This document shows positions 9,450 to 20,193 of a DNA stretch of 64,000 nucleotides, in pieces (position 1 is the stretch's first letter; every line of letters begins with the position of its first letter). A model generated the notes under the pieces. The model was not told where the DNA came from. It did no database searches and saw only the letters and a program-made list of their open reading frames with translations. This stretch comes from an uncultured Flavobacteriales bacterium (GTDB taxonomy: Bacteria > Bacteroidota > Bacteroidia > Flavobacteriales_D > Crocinitomicaceae), in NCBI GenBank assembly GCA_903860985.1, contig CAIOSO010000149.1:236-64235 (forward strand), in the 5' to 3' direction. The position numbers and the translations under genes were made by a program.

Positions 9450-11801
9450 TTATTCTTTAACGAGGTGTAAAAATCCGTGTCCTGTTATTTCTTGTCCAGA
9501 AATATTGTAACCGGTATACTTATAGAAATATACGCCTTCATTCGCTATTACACCGTTGATTTTTCCATCCCAACTTGGATTGTCGTTTACCAGGTCAATA
9601 CTGCTCTTTTCGAAAAGCACGTTGCCCCAACGATTCACAATGATTAATTCTAATTTCACCACATTTTTTGTTCTTAAGAAATAGCTGTCATTGTTACCGT
9701 CAACACCAGGGGTAAAGACATTTGGAGCGTCAACAATAGGTATTGGAAATAAGCAGCTTCCATCATCAACAATTGCAGAAGCATCGTAGTTAAGTGCATT
9801 TGGATCCGTACACCCCGTTTGGTAAATACACGAGCCGTTATCAACATTTGCTCCAGCATTGTAGTTGAGTGCAACGGGATCCGTGCAACCACATACATCC
9901 ACCTGAATAAGGTAGTATGCCGTGTCTGAACATTGTGCACTTTGGAAAGCAACAAGTCGCACCGTATACATACCAAATGGGCCTGTATACGTATGAGTAA
10001 CATTATTTAAATTGCCGCTTGTGCTTGTTTGTGTATCACCAAAATCCCACGAATAATTATTTGCGTTTAAACTAGTATTTTGGAAAGTAACGTCAAATGG
10101 TGCGCAACCCTGAATAGGCGTCCCACTAAACTCTGCATTCGGCGCGTTTTGAATACCAACAAAAGCACTATCGGAAATAGAACAGACATTGTCCTCAACG
10201 GTAATGTAATACCATCCCGATGGAATGTTTTGCCAAACAGAAGCGTCAATAAATCCATTTGGACCCGGGCCCGTCCAGGTATAAGTAGGCACCCCCGTTA
10301 ATCCACTAGCTATGACAGACACAAATCCTGTTGGCTGACAAGTTGCAAGCCCTACGTAAATTGTATCAATGCCAATGGTTTGATTTAAGGTTAAGGTAAC
10401 GGTATCCGTTTGAGAGAAGTTACAATTGTCTGTGGCCGTTACCAAGTATTGCACCGTTCCATTTTGACTAATTGCACCGATAATGGAATCGTTCGTACTT
10501 ATCGCAACTCCGGACATGCTTGTCCATTCGTATTGATATGGCGCATATCCACCAAAAGCAGACGCGCTAAGGACAACACTGTCGTTCGCACAGAATATCG
10601 TTGGATCCGTTTCGGTGATGTTAATAATAGGTCCTTCTCCAATGTATATGGTTCCCGAAGAAATAATCGTATCTCCACATGGATTGATGATTTCCACTGA
10701 AATAACTACAGATTCGAATCCTTCAGTAACGTTGTCTTGAATAGGGGTTAGATTGATTACCACAGAATCCTCACCAGGCAAGAAGGTAATAGGATTGATC
10801 AAATTGTTGTAGTCAACTCCCTCAATCGCAACCCCGCCTATCGTGTAATTGATGATTAATGTATCGTTTGTTTGTCCTGCTGGGCGCGTAAAAATAAAGT
10901 CAGCAAAGGTACAACCCTCAACAATTGTCGTGTCCCCGGAAACCGTTGCAACAGCAACATCTACTGCAGCCGAACTAAAACTCCCCGCCTCTAAGAATAC
11001 GCCCGAGTCATAAGACTGATCCCCAACATTTGATATGGCTAATTTAATGTGGTAGAGTTGATTACATTGAACACTTGCTGCGGCAGTCAATTTAACAGTT
11101 GTTCCGTCATATTGAATCGCATCCCCATACGTTAACGTAGACGCATTTTCATTGAAAACGTAATAGTTTGTGTTGGAGGCATCTCCCACATTGTTAATCG
11201 TTACTGGAATTCCTCCAGGAATGGTGGCGATATTGACCCCTCCATTTGGATATCCCGCTTGAACGTATGGACCAGCTATTCCAGGGCCCCATAAAAACAA
11301 GCCAAAGGCATCGTTAAAAGTGGAAGGTGAAAACTCGGGATATTCGTCCGAACCGAACATATAATTGAAAATCACAGAATCTCCTTGCGGGATAAAGTCG
11401 AATTCTAAAACCACTCCATTTGTAACAGATCCGGCGGCGATGTCATTTAAGTGCGGATCCGATGTAACCATGGATGTTGGTGGGGTATTATTCGTAAAGG
11501 AAGTTGATGAGTTGGGGCCGATCGCACCAATCGCATTTCCTGTAGTAAGAATTAACCCACTATCAATCGGAAAGGCAGGGTTTGAATTCGTAAAAAACGC
11601 AACATTTCCTTGTGGAACATTTGCCAAAAGAGGGTTTCCATTAATGGTAACATTTAATGCGGTTACTCCGAACCCAAGTAACACGTTATCTACGAGTTGT
11701 TGCGGTGTTTGAACCGCAGAAACGGTAATTGGCTGAGCAAAAGAAAGAGTGTTTAACAAGGTAAATACTCCGACAAATAATACACGTAAAGATTTCATCA
11801 T
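9450..11801 (-). CDS. Secreted multidomain protein: choice-of-anchor-L-like N-terminal domain, Ig/PKD-like repeats, T9SS type B (gliding-motility-associated) C-terminal sorting domain
   Basis: Signal peptide, then VDNVLLGFGV...GSDEYPEF (choice-of-anchor L pattern). A PKD-like segment (FSGTPIQGCAPFDVTFQNTS...YSWDFGD). C-terminus NVFTPGVDGNNDSYF...NRWGNVLF...WDGK...GVYFYKY matches the TIGR04131/CHU_C pattern. Confidence 0.85.
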   Translation of the reverse strand: MMKSLRVLFVGVFTLLNTLSFAQPITVSAVQTPQQLVDNVLLGFGVTALNVTINGNPLLANVPQGNVAFFTNSNPAFPIDSGLILTTGNAIGAIGPNSSTSFTNNTPPTSMVTSDPHLNDIAAGSVTNGVVLEFDFIPQGDSVIFNYMFGSDEYPEFSPSTFNDAFGLFLWGPGIAGPYVQAGYPNGGVNIATIPGGIPVTINNVGDASNTNYYVFNENASTLTYGDAIQYDGTTVKLTAAASVQCNQLYHIKLAISNVGDQSYDSGVFLEAGSFSSAAVDVAVATVSGDTTIVEGCTFADFIFTRPAGQTNDTLIINYTIGGVAIEGVDYNNLINPITFLPGEDSVVINLTPIQDNVTEGFESVVISVEIINPCGDTIISSGTIYIGEGPIINITETDPTIFCANDSVVLSASAFGGYAPYQYEWTSMSGVAISTNDSIIGAISQNGTVQYLVTATDNCNFSQTDTVTLTLNQTIGIDTIYVGLATCQPTGFVSVIASGLTGVPTYTWTGPGPNGFIDASVWQNIPSGWYYITVEDNVCSISDSAFVGIQNAPNAEFSGTPIQGCAPFDVTFQNTSLNANNYSWDFGDTQTSTSGNLNNVTHTYTGPFGMYTVRLVAFQSAQCSDTAYYLIQVDVCGCTDPVALNYNAGANVDNGSCIYQTGCTDPNALNYDASAIVDDGSCLFPIPIVDAPNVFTPGVDGNNDSYFLRTKNVVKLELIIVNRWGNVLFEKSSIDLVNDNPSWDGKINGVIANEGVYFYKYTGYNISGQEITGHGFLHLVKE

Positions 11802-11852
11802 AATCTATAGAATTGACACTAAGACCATTTGTTTGAAATAATGGTTGCATGA

Positions 11853-11860
11853 CAAAATTA
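11853..11860 (-). promoter_or_regulatory. Candidate -7 promoter box (TAATTTTG) for the T9SS cargo gene
   Basis: Exact TAnnTTTG on the minus strand, about 52 nt upstream of the ATG at 11801. Confidence 0.3.
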
Positions 11861-11923
11861 ATATAATGTTTCCATAACTAAAAATCAATGAATTTTCGCA
11901 ACTTTGAGGCTCAAATTAATCGC

Positions 11924-13324
11924 ATGAAAAACACGCAAGCTTACATTCAAGAAAACAAAGATAAATTCCTCAATGAATTAATGGGACTTTTACGCATCCC
12001 GTCGGTTTCTGCTGACCCATTTTACAAAAATGATGTTGCTAATTGCGCGGGAGAATTAGCAAAACACATGAAGGAAATCGGCTTGGAAGCTGTGGAAATT
12101 TGTCCAACAGCTGGACATCCAATCATTTATGCCGAAAAGATCATAGACGAAAAGCTTCCAACCATTTTAGTTTATGGACATTATGATGTACAACCGGCAG
12201 ACCCGATTGAATTATGGACTTCGCCTCCATTTGAGCCGGTTATCAAAGAAACCCCGATTCATCCAATGGGAGCTATTTTTGCGCGCGGAGCTTGTGACGA
12301 CAAAGGACAAATGTTCATGCATGTGAAAGCGTTTGAAGCGATGCTTGCAACGAATGAACTTCCTTGCAACGTGAAATTTATGATTGAAGGCGAAGAGGAA
12401 GTTGGTAGCCCCAACTTAGCGATTTACGTCAAAGAAAATAAAGCAAAATTAGCAGCAGACATCATTTTGGTTTCCGATACAGGAATGTTGGCAAACGATG
12501 TCCCTTCGATTACCACCGGTCTAAGAGGATTAAGTTATGTAGAAGTGGAAGTTGTTGGTCCAAATCGAGATTTGCACTCCGGACTTTACGGTGGTTGTGT
12601 CGCAAATCCAATCAATATTTTAACGGACATGATTGCTTCTTTGCACGATGAAAACGGAAAAATCACCATTCCTGGATTTTATGACACCGTCGAAGAACTT
12701 TCCGTCGAAGAACGAAGCGAAATGGCAAAAGCACCTTTTTCAGAGGAGGCATATTGCAAGGCATTGAACATCAGCGAAACACATGGCGAAGCGACTTATA
12801 CAACGATGGAAAGAGGATCTATTCGTCCAACATTAGACGTGAATGGAATTTGGGGTGGATACATCGGTGAGGGAGCGAAAACAGTGATTGCGTCCAAAGC
12901 ACAAGCGAAAATTTCCATGCGCTTGGTTCCACACCAAACACCCGAAGAAATCACCGAATTATTCATGAAGCATTTTGTATCCATTGCGCCGGAAAGTGTT
13001 CGTGTGAAAGTAACCCCACATCACGGTGGAGAACCAGTGGTTACTCCAACGGATTCCATCGCATATAAAGCGGCCAGCCTTTCTTATGAAAAAACCTTTG
13101 GTAAAAAACCAATTCCAGTGAGAAGCGGGGGAAGTATTCCCATTATTGCGATGTTCGAACAAGAACTTGGACTTAAAACCATGATGATGGGCTTTGGTTT
13201 AGATAGCGACGCCATTCACTCGCCAAACGAGCATTTTGGTTTGTTTAATTACTACCGTGGAATTGAAACGATTCCTTATTTCTTCTCGAATTACACCGAA
13301 TTAATGTCCCATGAAAACGCTTAG
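11924..13324 (+). CDS. M20-family dipeptidase / metallohydrolase (ArgE/DapE/CPG2-like)
   Basis: LRIPSVSAD...YGHYDVQPAD...ARGACDDKGQ...EGEEEVGSP motifs. The ATG at 11924 (MKNTQAYIQENK...) is the usual N-terminus for this family; the ORF is open from 11888. Confidence 0.88.
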   Translation: MKNTQAYIQENKDKFLNELMGLLRIPSVSADPFYKNDVANCAGELAKHMKEIGLEAVEICPTAGHPIIYAEKIIDEKLPTILVYGHYDVQPADPIELWTSPPFEPVIKETPIHPMGAIFARGACDDKGQMFMHVKAFEAMLATNELPCNVKFMIEGEEEVGSPNLAIYVKENKAKLAADIILVSDTGMLANDVPSITTGLRGLSYVEVEVVGPNRDLHSGLYGGCVANPINILTDMIASLHDENGKITIPGFYDTVEELSVEERSEMAKAPFSEEAYCKALNISETHGEATYTTMERGSIRPTLDVNGIWGGYIGEGAKTVIASKAQAKISMRLVPHQTPEEITELFMKHFVSIAPESVRVKVTPHHGGEPVVTPTDSIAYKAASLSYEKTFGKKPIPVRSGGSIPIIAMFEQELGLKTMMMGFGLDSDAIHSPNEHFGLFNYYRGIETIPYFFSNYTELMSHENA

Positions 13325-13781
13325 TTTTCTTTTCCTGTTTTGCCTTATTGCTTCCTGCGCTTCTTTTGAAGATCCAGTGGAAGTAATCAGTTACGACGGG
13401 TCGAAATTGGAAAACCTAAACATGGAAGAAGCGGCTATAAGAGTGGTTGGCACAGTGCATAACAATACTTGGCTTCCCATTAAAATCAAACCTTCTACGC
13501 TGGAGGTGTATGTAGATGGTAAAAAATGGGGCGACCTGTATTCGGATGAAAAAATTCGACTAAAGTCAAATAAGAACAATGAATTAAACACATTGGTTCA
13601 TGTAAAATTTGAAGACGGCTTAATGGCAAAGCTGTTCATTTATCGTTTTAAAGAAAGCGCACAATTGCAATTGCGGGGAAAAGTGAAAACAGGGCTTTTG
13701 TTTATCCCCATTAAATTACCGGTGAATTATACCAAGACGTTTTCACCTAAAAACCTAAATCTTAACCTAGACAAACCATAA
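13311..13781 (+). CDS. Lipoprotein, probable LEA type 2 / WHy-domain family
   Basis: Lipobox LIASC. Its ~150-aa size and beta-rich sequence resemble bacterial LEA_2 lipoproteins. Family call is from memory. Confidence 0.5.
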   Translation: MKTLSFLFLFCLIASCASFEDPVEVISYDGSKLENLNMEEAAIRVVGTVHNNTWLPIKIKPSTLEVYVDGKKWGDLYSDEKIRLKSNKNNELNTLVHVKFEDGLMAKLFIYRFKESAQLQLRGKVKTGLLFIPIKLPVNYTKTFSPKNLNLNLDKP

Positions 13782-16604
13782 TGCTATCTGCTGAACACCC
13801 AAAAAAATTATTTTTACTTGATGCTTATGCATTGATATACCGCGCGTATTTCGCCTTTTCCAAGAATCCAAGAGTCAATTCAAAAGGACAAAATACTTCT
13901 GCTGCATTTGGGTTTACCAATGTGCTTATCGATGTAATCAAAAATGAAAAACCCACTCACTTAGCAGTTGTGTTTGACCCCCCGGGTGGATCCGCGCATC
14001 GTCAAGAAGAGTTCGCGGCCTATAAAGCACAAAGAGAAGAAATGCCAGAAGACATTCGCTCGATGATTCACCCCATTAAACAAATCGTTGAATCGTTCAA
14101 CGTGCCCATTTTAGAGGTTCCTGGATTTGAAGCGGATGATGTGGTCGGTACCGTCGCAAAAATGGCAGAAAAACGTGGTTTCACTACATACATGATGACT
14201 CCGGATAAAGATTACGCACAGTTGGTAAGCGACCATATTTTTATGTTTAAACCGGGACGAGGAGGCAATCCACCTGAAATTTTAGGCGTAAAAGAAGTAT
14301 GTGAAAAATTTGAAGTCGAAAGACCGGAGCAAGTCATTGATATTTTAGGGCTTTGGGGCGATGCTTCTGATAACATTCCTGGTATTCCTGGCATAGGAGA
14401 GAAAACAGCAAAAACACTCATTGCTAAATATGGTTCCGTGGAAAACCTCATCGACCATGCCCATGAATTAAAAGGCAAACAACAAGAAAACGTCATCAAC
14501 TTTGCTGATCAAGGACGTGTATCTAAAATGCTCGCTACAATCATTTGCGATGTGGATGTTGAGTTTAATGAGGACGAATTGATCATGTGCGATGTCGACA
14601 GGGAAAAAGTAATGGACATTTTTACGGAACTCGAATTCCGCTCCTTAGCGAAACGCGTGATCGGTGAAGAGCTTGTTGTTTCTTCTTCGAGCTCGCCGGC
14701 CACCAAAGCGCCTTCCGACATATCACAATTAGACTTGTTCGGAATGCAAAGCATGATTGAACCTCAAGAAGCCACGCCAACTGCGCATTATAAAACGATT
14801 GTGACCGAACGCCCTAGCTACCATTTGATTTCAACAGCAGAGGAACGCAAAGAACTATTGGAGATATTATTGAAGCATGCTCAGGTTTGTTTTGACACGG
14901 AAACAACGAACATCGATGCACTGCATGCGGACCTGGTTGGATTCTCATTTTCTTATAAAGCACGCGAAGCTTTTTACGTTTCCGTACCACCAGATTTTGA
15001 AGCTGCGAAGAAAATAGTGGAGGAATTTAAACCATTTTTTGAAGATCCCTCGATTGAAAAAATCGCACACAACATCAAATATGATTTAAAAGTACTGCAA
15101 CGTTATGGCATCGAGGTGGCCGAACCGTTATTTGATACCATGATTGCTCATTATTTGATCAATCCGGAAGCCAAACAAAGCATGGATTTCTTGGCCACGT
15201 TTTATCTGAATTACCAACCGGTTTCCATCGAAACGTTAATCGGGAAGAAAGGAAAGGGCCAGGGAAACATGCGCGATTTGAAACCAGAAGAAATTTGCGA
15301 TTACGCATGTGAAGACGCTGACATTACCTTCCAGCTAAAACAATTATTCGAACCAGAAATCCAAAAACCGCATTTGTCCGAGTTGTTTTACAAGATGGAA
15401 ATGCCTTTAGTAAAAGTGTTGAAGGATATGGAATTTGAAGGAATTTCCATTGATGTCCCCGCCTTAATCGATTATTCAAAAGAATTGGACGAAACCCTCA
15501 TTCGCCTAGATGCTGAAATTAAGGCTGCTGCGGGGGAAGATTTTAATATTGACTCCCCAAAACAATTAGGCGAAGTGCTTTTTGAAAAACTAAAGATCTC
15601 AACTAAAGCAAAAAAGACCAAGACGGGTCAATATGCTACATCAGAAGACATCCTTCAAAAGCACGAGCACGATCATCCAATCATTCCAATGATATTGGAA
15701 TATCGCCAACAGCGCAAGTTAAAAAGCACCTATGTTGACCCGCTTCCAACGATGTGTGATCCTATAGACGGACGTATTCACACCAACTTCATGCAAACGG
15801 TGACGGCAACGGGACGCTTAAGTTCGAATAACCCGAACCTACAAAACATTCCTATTCGCTCAGCGAAAGGACGCGAAATTCGACGTGCCTTTGTTGCGCG
15901 CGGAGCCGATTATAAATTAATGGCGGTGGATTACTCGCAGATTGAATTGCGCATTATCGCGGCCTTAAGCGCCGACGCAAACATGATCGAAGCCTTTCAG
16001 CAAGGACACGATATTCACGCGGCTACAGCAGCAAAAGTTTTTCACACGCCACTTGAGGAAGTAACTCGCGACCAACGTAGCGCTGCAAAAGCGGTCAATT
16101 TCGGAATCATTTATGGACAGTCAGCTTTTGGATTAGCACAAAACTTATCCATTTCCCGTACCGAAGCAAAAGAAATCATCGACGCGTACTTCGAACAATA
16201 TAGCACGATAAAAAAAATACATGGAAAACGTGATTTCTCAAGCAAGAGAATTAGGTTATGTGGAGACCATCATGAAGCGCAGAAGGTATTTGCCAGACAT
16301 TAATTCTGCGAATGCCGTTGTTCGAGGTTATGCCGAACGGAATGCGGTAAACGCTCCTATTCAAGGCTCAGCAGCGGATATTATAAAGATGGCCATGATC
16401 GCCGTTCATAAAGCCATGCACAAAGAAAAAGTTCAGTCAAAAATGATTTTACAAGTGCACGATGAGCTTGTTTTTGATGTGCATGTTTCAGAAGAAATCC
16501 GCATGCAAAATTTAGTTAAAACGGCAATGGAAGAAGCGATTCAATTGGCGGTTCCAATGGAGGTGGAATTAAAGTTAGCGCCAAATTGGCTCGAAGCACA
16601 TTAG
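13781..16604 (+). pseudogene. polA: DNA polymerase I, reading frame broken as sequenced by one extra A in an A8 run (ORFs 13781..16303 and 16221..16604)
   Basis: 5'-nuclease, 3'-5' exo and polymerase domains are colinear with PolA. The first ORF ends shortly after ...AYFEQYSTIKK. The +1 frame continues (Y)MENVISQARELGYVET...QVHDELVFDV...NWLEAH (motif C and the C-terminus). Deleting one A of 16210-16217 restores a ~940-aa protein. Confidence 0.9.
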
Positions 16605-16673
16605 CATCTAGCTTTCATTGGCAAAAACTAGGTGTATTATTAAGCGTATATTTGTTATTCATAAAATAGAAAC

Positions 16674-18074
16674 ATGGATTTTTTGATTAAAGCAGCACAG
16701 TTATTTTTATCATTGGCAATCTTAGTGACCTTACATGAATTCGGTCATTTTATCCCCGCTAAATTATTTAAAACGCGAATCGAAAAGTTCTACCTTTTCT
16801 TTAATCCATTCTTCTCTGTTTTTCGCAGAAAAAAAGTAAATGGCGTTACAAAAACGGCTTGGTTTACGAAAGATTCTCCAAAAGAATGGAAGGAAGACCC
16901 AGATAGTACTGAATGGGGATTTGGCTGGCTTCCACTCGGGGGATATGTGAAAATTGCCGGGATGATTGATGAGTCCATGGACACAGAACAACTCAAGCAA
17001 CCCGCACAAGAATGGGAGTTCCGCTCGAAAAAAGCGTGGCAACGATTAATCATTATGGTAGGCGGCGTTGCAGTGAATCTTGTTCTTGGATTTGTTATTT
17101 ATATCGGTGTTGTCTTTACTTGGGGACAAATGGAATTGAAACCAGTTAATTTGGAACATGGCTTAAGCGTTCATCCATATTTAGAAAAATACCACTTAAG
17201 TTCCGGTGATAAAGTGTTGACGATTGAAGGACAAGAAGTCTTGAATTTAGACGAACTGAATAAAGGAATTATGTTCCGTGGTGCTCGAAACTTGACGGTG
17301 CTTCATCCAGATGGAACAACAGAAACGATTCGCTTGCCAAAAGGAATTGATCGCACCTTATTTCAAGTGGGCGCCCTGCCTGCTTTTGGCTTACGATCAA
17401 GCGCACATAGTGTGGGAGAAGTAGTGAAAAATTCTCCTGCTAAAGCAGCAGGATTAAAAAAAGATGACGTCATTCTTAGTGTTGGAGATCAACAAGTGAC
17501 TTATTTTGACGAACTCTCCAAAGGACTTTATGAAGCAAAAGGAAAGCGTACAGATCTTACCGTTTTACGAGGGACAGACACGCTTGAATTAAAAGCTAAA
17601 GTAAAACAAGATGGAACAATTGGATTTCAAACGAGCGGAAAAATCTTGATTGATTCTAATGCCATTCAAACGAAATACTACGGCTTGGGACAAAGTATTG
17701 CGATTGGTATGACCTATGGTAAAAACACGCTTTCAGACTATATTTCACAGTTTAAATTTGTCTTTACGAAAAAAGGAGCAACATCTATTGGTGGATTTGC
17801 CGCAATTGGAAACATGTTCCCCCCTGTATGGGATTGGGAATCATTTTGGTTGTCGACAGCGCTTTTATCAATCATATTAGCATTTATGAACATCCTTCCA
17901 ATACCGGCGCTGGATGGAGGACATGTCGTTTTCTTGTTGTACGAGATGATCACCGGAAAAGAAGCGCCTCAAAAGGTGTTGGAATACGCACAAATGGTTG
18001 GGATCGTCTTATTATTAACCTTAATGGTTTATGCCAATGGGAATGACCTTATCCGTTGGATAACTTCTATGTAA
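16674..18074 (+). CDS. rseP: RIP metalloprotease RseP (site-2 protease, peptidase M50, PDZ-containing)
   Basis: HEFGHF zinc motif at residues ~21-26, internal PDZ-like region, C-terminal NILPIPALDGGH motif. Confidence 0.92.
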   Translation: MDFLIKAAQLFLSLAILVTLHEFGHFIPAKLFKTRIEKFYLFFNPFFSVFRRKKVNGVTKTAWFTKDSPKEWKEDPDSTEWGFGWLPLGGYVKIAGMIDESMDTEQLKQPAQEWEFRSKKAWQRLIIMVGGVAVNLVLGFVIYIGVVFTWGQMELKPVNLEHGLSVHPYLEKYHLSSGDKVLTIEGQEVLNLDELNKGIMFRGARNLTVLHPDGTTETIRLPKGIDRTLFQVGALPAFGLRSSAHSVGEVVKNSPAKAAGLKKDDVILSVGDQQVTYFDELSKGLYEAKGKRTDLTVLRGTDTLELKAKVKQDGTIGFQTSGKILIDSNAIQTKYYGLGQSIAIGMTYGKNTLSDYISQFKFVFTKKGATSIGGFAAIGNMFPPVWDWESFWLSTALLSIILAFMNILPIPALDGGHVVFLLYEMITGKEAPQKVLEYAQMVGIVLLLTLMVYANGNDLIRWITSM

Positions 18075-18084
18075 TTATTCGTTT

Positions 18085-20130
18085 ATGAGTACTTTTCAAA
18101 ATTACATCCTTGGAGATTGGATGAACGGTGATGGAGTGGAAACACAACTATTTCATGCCGTAACGAACGCTGAATTAGGATCTGTTTCTAGCGCTGGAAT
18201 TGATTACGAACAAGTATTTGATTATGGTCGACGAGTAGGCGGTAGAACCTTACGTAAAATGACCTTCCAAGAACGCGGAAGAATGCTAAAGGCATTAGCG
18301 CTTTATTTAATGGAAAAAAAGGCCCGTTATTATGAAGTAAGCGCTTGGAGCGGAGCAACGAAAGTTGATTCTTGGATTGATATTGAAGGAGGAATTGGAA
18401 ATTTATTCGCCAATGCATCCCTGAGAAGACAATTCCCTGATTTACCGTATTATGTTGATGGAACAGCCGCCCCATTATCAAAGAACGGAACGTTTATCGG
18501 CCACCACATTATGGTTCCAAAAGAAGGAATGGCTGTTCATATCAATGCATTTAATTTTCCCGTTTGGGGAATGTTAGAAAAAATAGCCGTGAATTTAATG
18601 GCAGGTGTTCCAGCAGTGGTGAAACCCTCAGAATATACGTGCTACTTAACCGAAGTGGTTGTACGCGACATCATCGCGTCTAAAATACTGCCAGAAGGTT
18701 CTCTACAATTGATTTGTGGTTTGGGAAGGGGAATTCTCGATCATGTGGACGCACGAGACGTCGTTACGTTTACAGGAAGCGCTTCCACCGGAAAAATACT
18801 AAAAGGATTGCCGCGCATTTCTCAAGAAAGTATCCCGTTTAATTTAGAAGCAGACTCCTTAAATGCTACCATTCTTGGGAAAAAAGCGGTTCCTGGAACA
18901 GTCGAGTTTGACCTTTTTATCAAAGAAACAGTAAAAGAAATGACGATTAAGGCTGGACAAAAATGTACGGCCGTTCGAAGAATATTAGTTCCAGATGAGT
19001 TAATTGATGAGGTGCAAGCAGCCATCTCTTCCAGATTGGCAACAACCACAATGGGAAATCCTTCGGAGGAAGGAGTGCGCATGGGTCCGCTCGCAACACG
19101 TTTGCAAGCAGAACGTGTTCGTGCATCCGTGGACGAATTAGCCAAATCTCAAAAAATCGTTTTCGGAGATTTGAATGATTTTGAAATCAAAGGTTCATCC
19201 GCCAAACGAGAAGCCTTTTTCCCGCCGGTTTTGTTTAGAAATGATGACCCGTTTCATCAAACGGCGTGTCATGAAATTGAGGCATTTGGTCCAGTTGCGA
19301 CCATCATGCCATATAAAGAGTTGGACGACGCGATTGAATTAGCAAAAATGGGCAAAGGCTCATTGGTTTCGTCAATTGTCACACCGGACAATCAAGAAGC
19401 GCGTGATTATGTGATCGGTGCGGCAAGTATGCACGGACGCATTCTCGTTCTAAACGAACATTGTGCAAAGGAAAGCACTGGACACGGTTCGCCGATGCCA
19501 TTGTTAACACACGGTGGTCCAGGACGCGCTGGAGGCGGAGAAGAAATGGGAGGAAAACGTGGGGTTTTACATTATTTGCAACGCACAGCCATTCAGGGAC
19601 ATCCAACAACAATTACTGCAATCACAGAACAATTTCAAGTAGGTGCAGAGATGCCTGAGGCAAACCCACATGTCTTTAGAAAACACTTTGAAGAATTGGT
19701 CGTTGGTGAAACGGTATTTACACACAAACATACAGTCACTGACGCAGACATCGTAAATTTTGCCAATGTTTCGGGCGATAATTTCTATGCACACATGGAC
19801 GCGACGTCCTTGGAAGGAACGATTTTCGAACGTCGAGTTGCACATGGATATTTCATTCTTTCCAAAGCTGCTGGATTATTTGTTGACCCGAAAAAAGGAC
19901 CTGTCCTTTTAAACTATGGATTAGAGGAAGCGCGTTTCACAAAACCAGTTTATCCAGGAGCAACTATTGGTGTACGTTTTACTGTAAAGGAAAAGATTGA
20001 CCAAGAGAAAAGATCTGAGGACGATATACCAAAAGGCATTGTTAAGTTTTTGGTGGACGTCTATGATGAAACAGGAGAAACCGTTGCGCTTGCAACGATA
20101 CTTACTATGGTGAAGAAGTTACATGCGTAA
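18085..20130 (+). CDS. paaZ: PaaZ-type bifunctional aldehyde dehydrogenase / MaoC-like (R)-hydratase
   Basis: 681 aa, the same length as E. coli PaaZ. N-terminal ALDH fold with catalytic GQKCTA. C-terminal hot-dog domain ([14 protein letters not shown]...). Confidence 0.8.
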   Translation: MSTFQNYILGDWMNGDGVETQLFHAVTNAELGSVSSAGIDYEQVFDYGRRVGGRTLRKMTFQERGRMLKALALYLMEKKARYYEVSAWSGATKVDSWIDIEGGIGNLFANASLRRQFPDLPYYVDGTAAPLSKNGTFIGHHIMVPKEGMAVHINAFNFPVWGMLEKIAVNLMAGVPAVVKPSEYTCYLTEVVVRDIIASKILPEGSLQLICGLGRGILDHVDARDVVTFTGSASTGKILKGLPRISQESIPFNLEADSLNATILGKKAVPGTVEFDLFIKETVKEMTIKAGQKCTAVRRILVPDELIDEVQAAISSRLATTTMGNPSEEGVRMGPLATRLQAERVRASVDELAKSQKIVFGDLNDFEIKGSSAKREAFFPPVLFRNDDPFHQTACHEIEAFGPVATIMPYKELDDAIELAKMGKGSLVSSIVTPDNQEARDYVIGAASMHGRILVLNEHCAKESTGHGSPMPLLTHGGPGRAGGGEEMGGKRGVLHYLQRTAIQGHPTTITAITEQFQVGAEMPEANPHVFRKHFEELVVGETVFTHKHTVTDADIVNFANVSGDNFYAHMDATSLEGTIFERRVAHGYFILSKAAGLFVDPKKGPVLLNYGLEEARFTKPVYPGATIGVRFTVKEKIDQEKRSEDDIPKGIVKFLVDVYDETGETVALATILTMVKKLHA

Positions 20131-20147
20131 GATCGTTTAACATAAAC

Positions 20148-20176
20148 AAAAAAGGCAGCGATTAGCTGCCTTTTTT
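20148..20176. terminator. Bidirectional rho-independent terminator between convergent paaZ and the RND exporter gene
   Basis: GGCAGC-GATTA-GCTGCC hairpin flanked by an A-run upstream and TTTTTT downstream. Confidence 0.8.
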
Positions 20177-20193
20177 ACGAAGAATGGTTTTTC

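Noticed and set aside
9674-11712. ORFs 9674..10003, 10067..10258, 10080..10301, 10410..10700 and 11365..11712 inside or antisense to the T9SS cargo gene
   Set aside because: These are shadow frames of a long, strongly supported gene. Their translations are low-complexity or Arg/Cys-rich with no family resemblance. The same reasoning applies to the other short ORFs nested in fumC, polA, paaZ, the RND gene, sdhA, purH, nrdA/B, lepA, rnr and others.
16210-16217. Programmed -1 ribosomal frameshift on the A AAA AAA slippery run in polA
   Set aside because: The downstream polA segment lies in the +1 frame relative to the upstream ORF. A -1 shift would enter the wrong frame. Only loss of one A, gain of two A, or a +1 shift restores the protein.
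16221-16604. Treating the 127-aa ORF as an independent small gene
   Set aside because: It is the exact C-terminal continuation of the PolA family polymerase domain (motif C to the C-terminus) and overlaps the upstream ORF by 83 nt. It is one gene with a frameshift.
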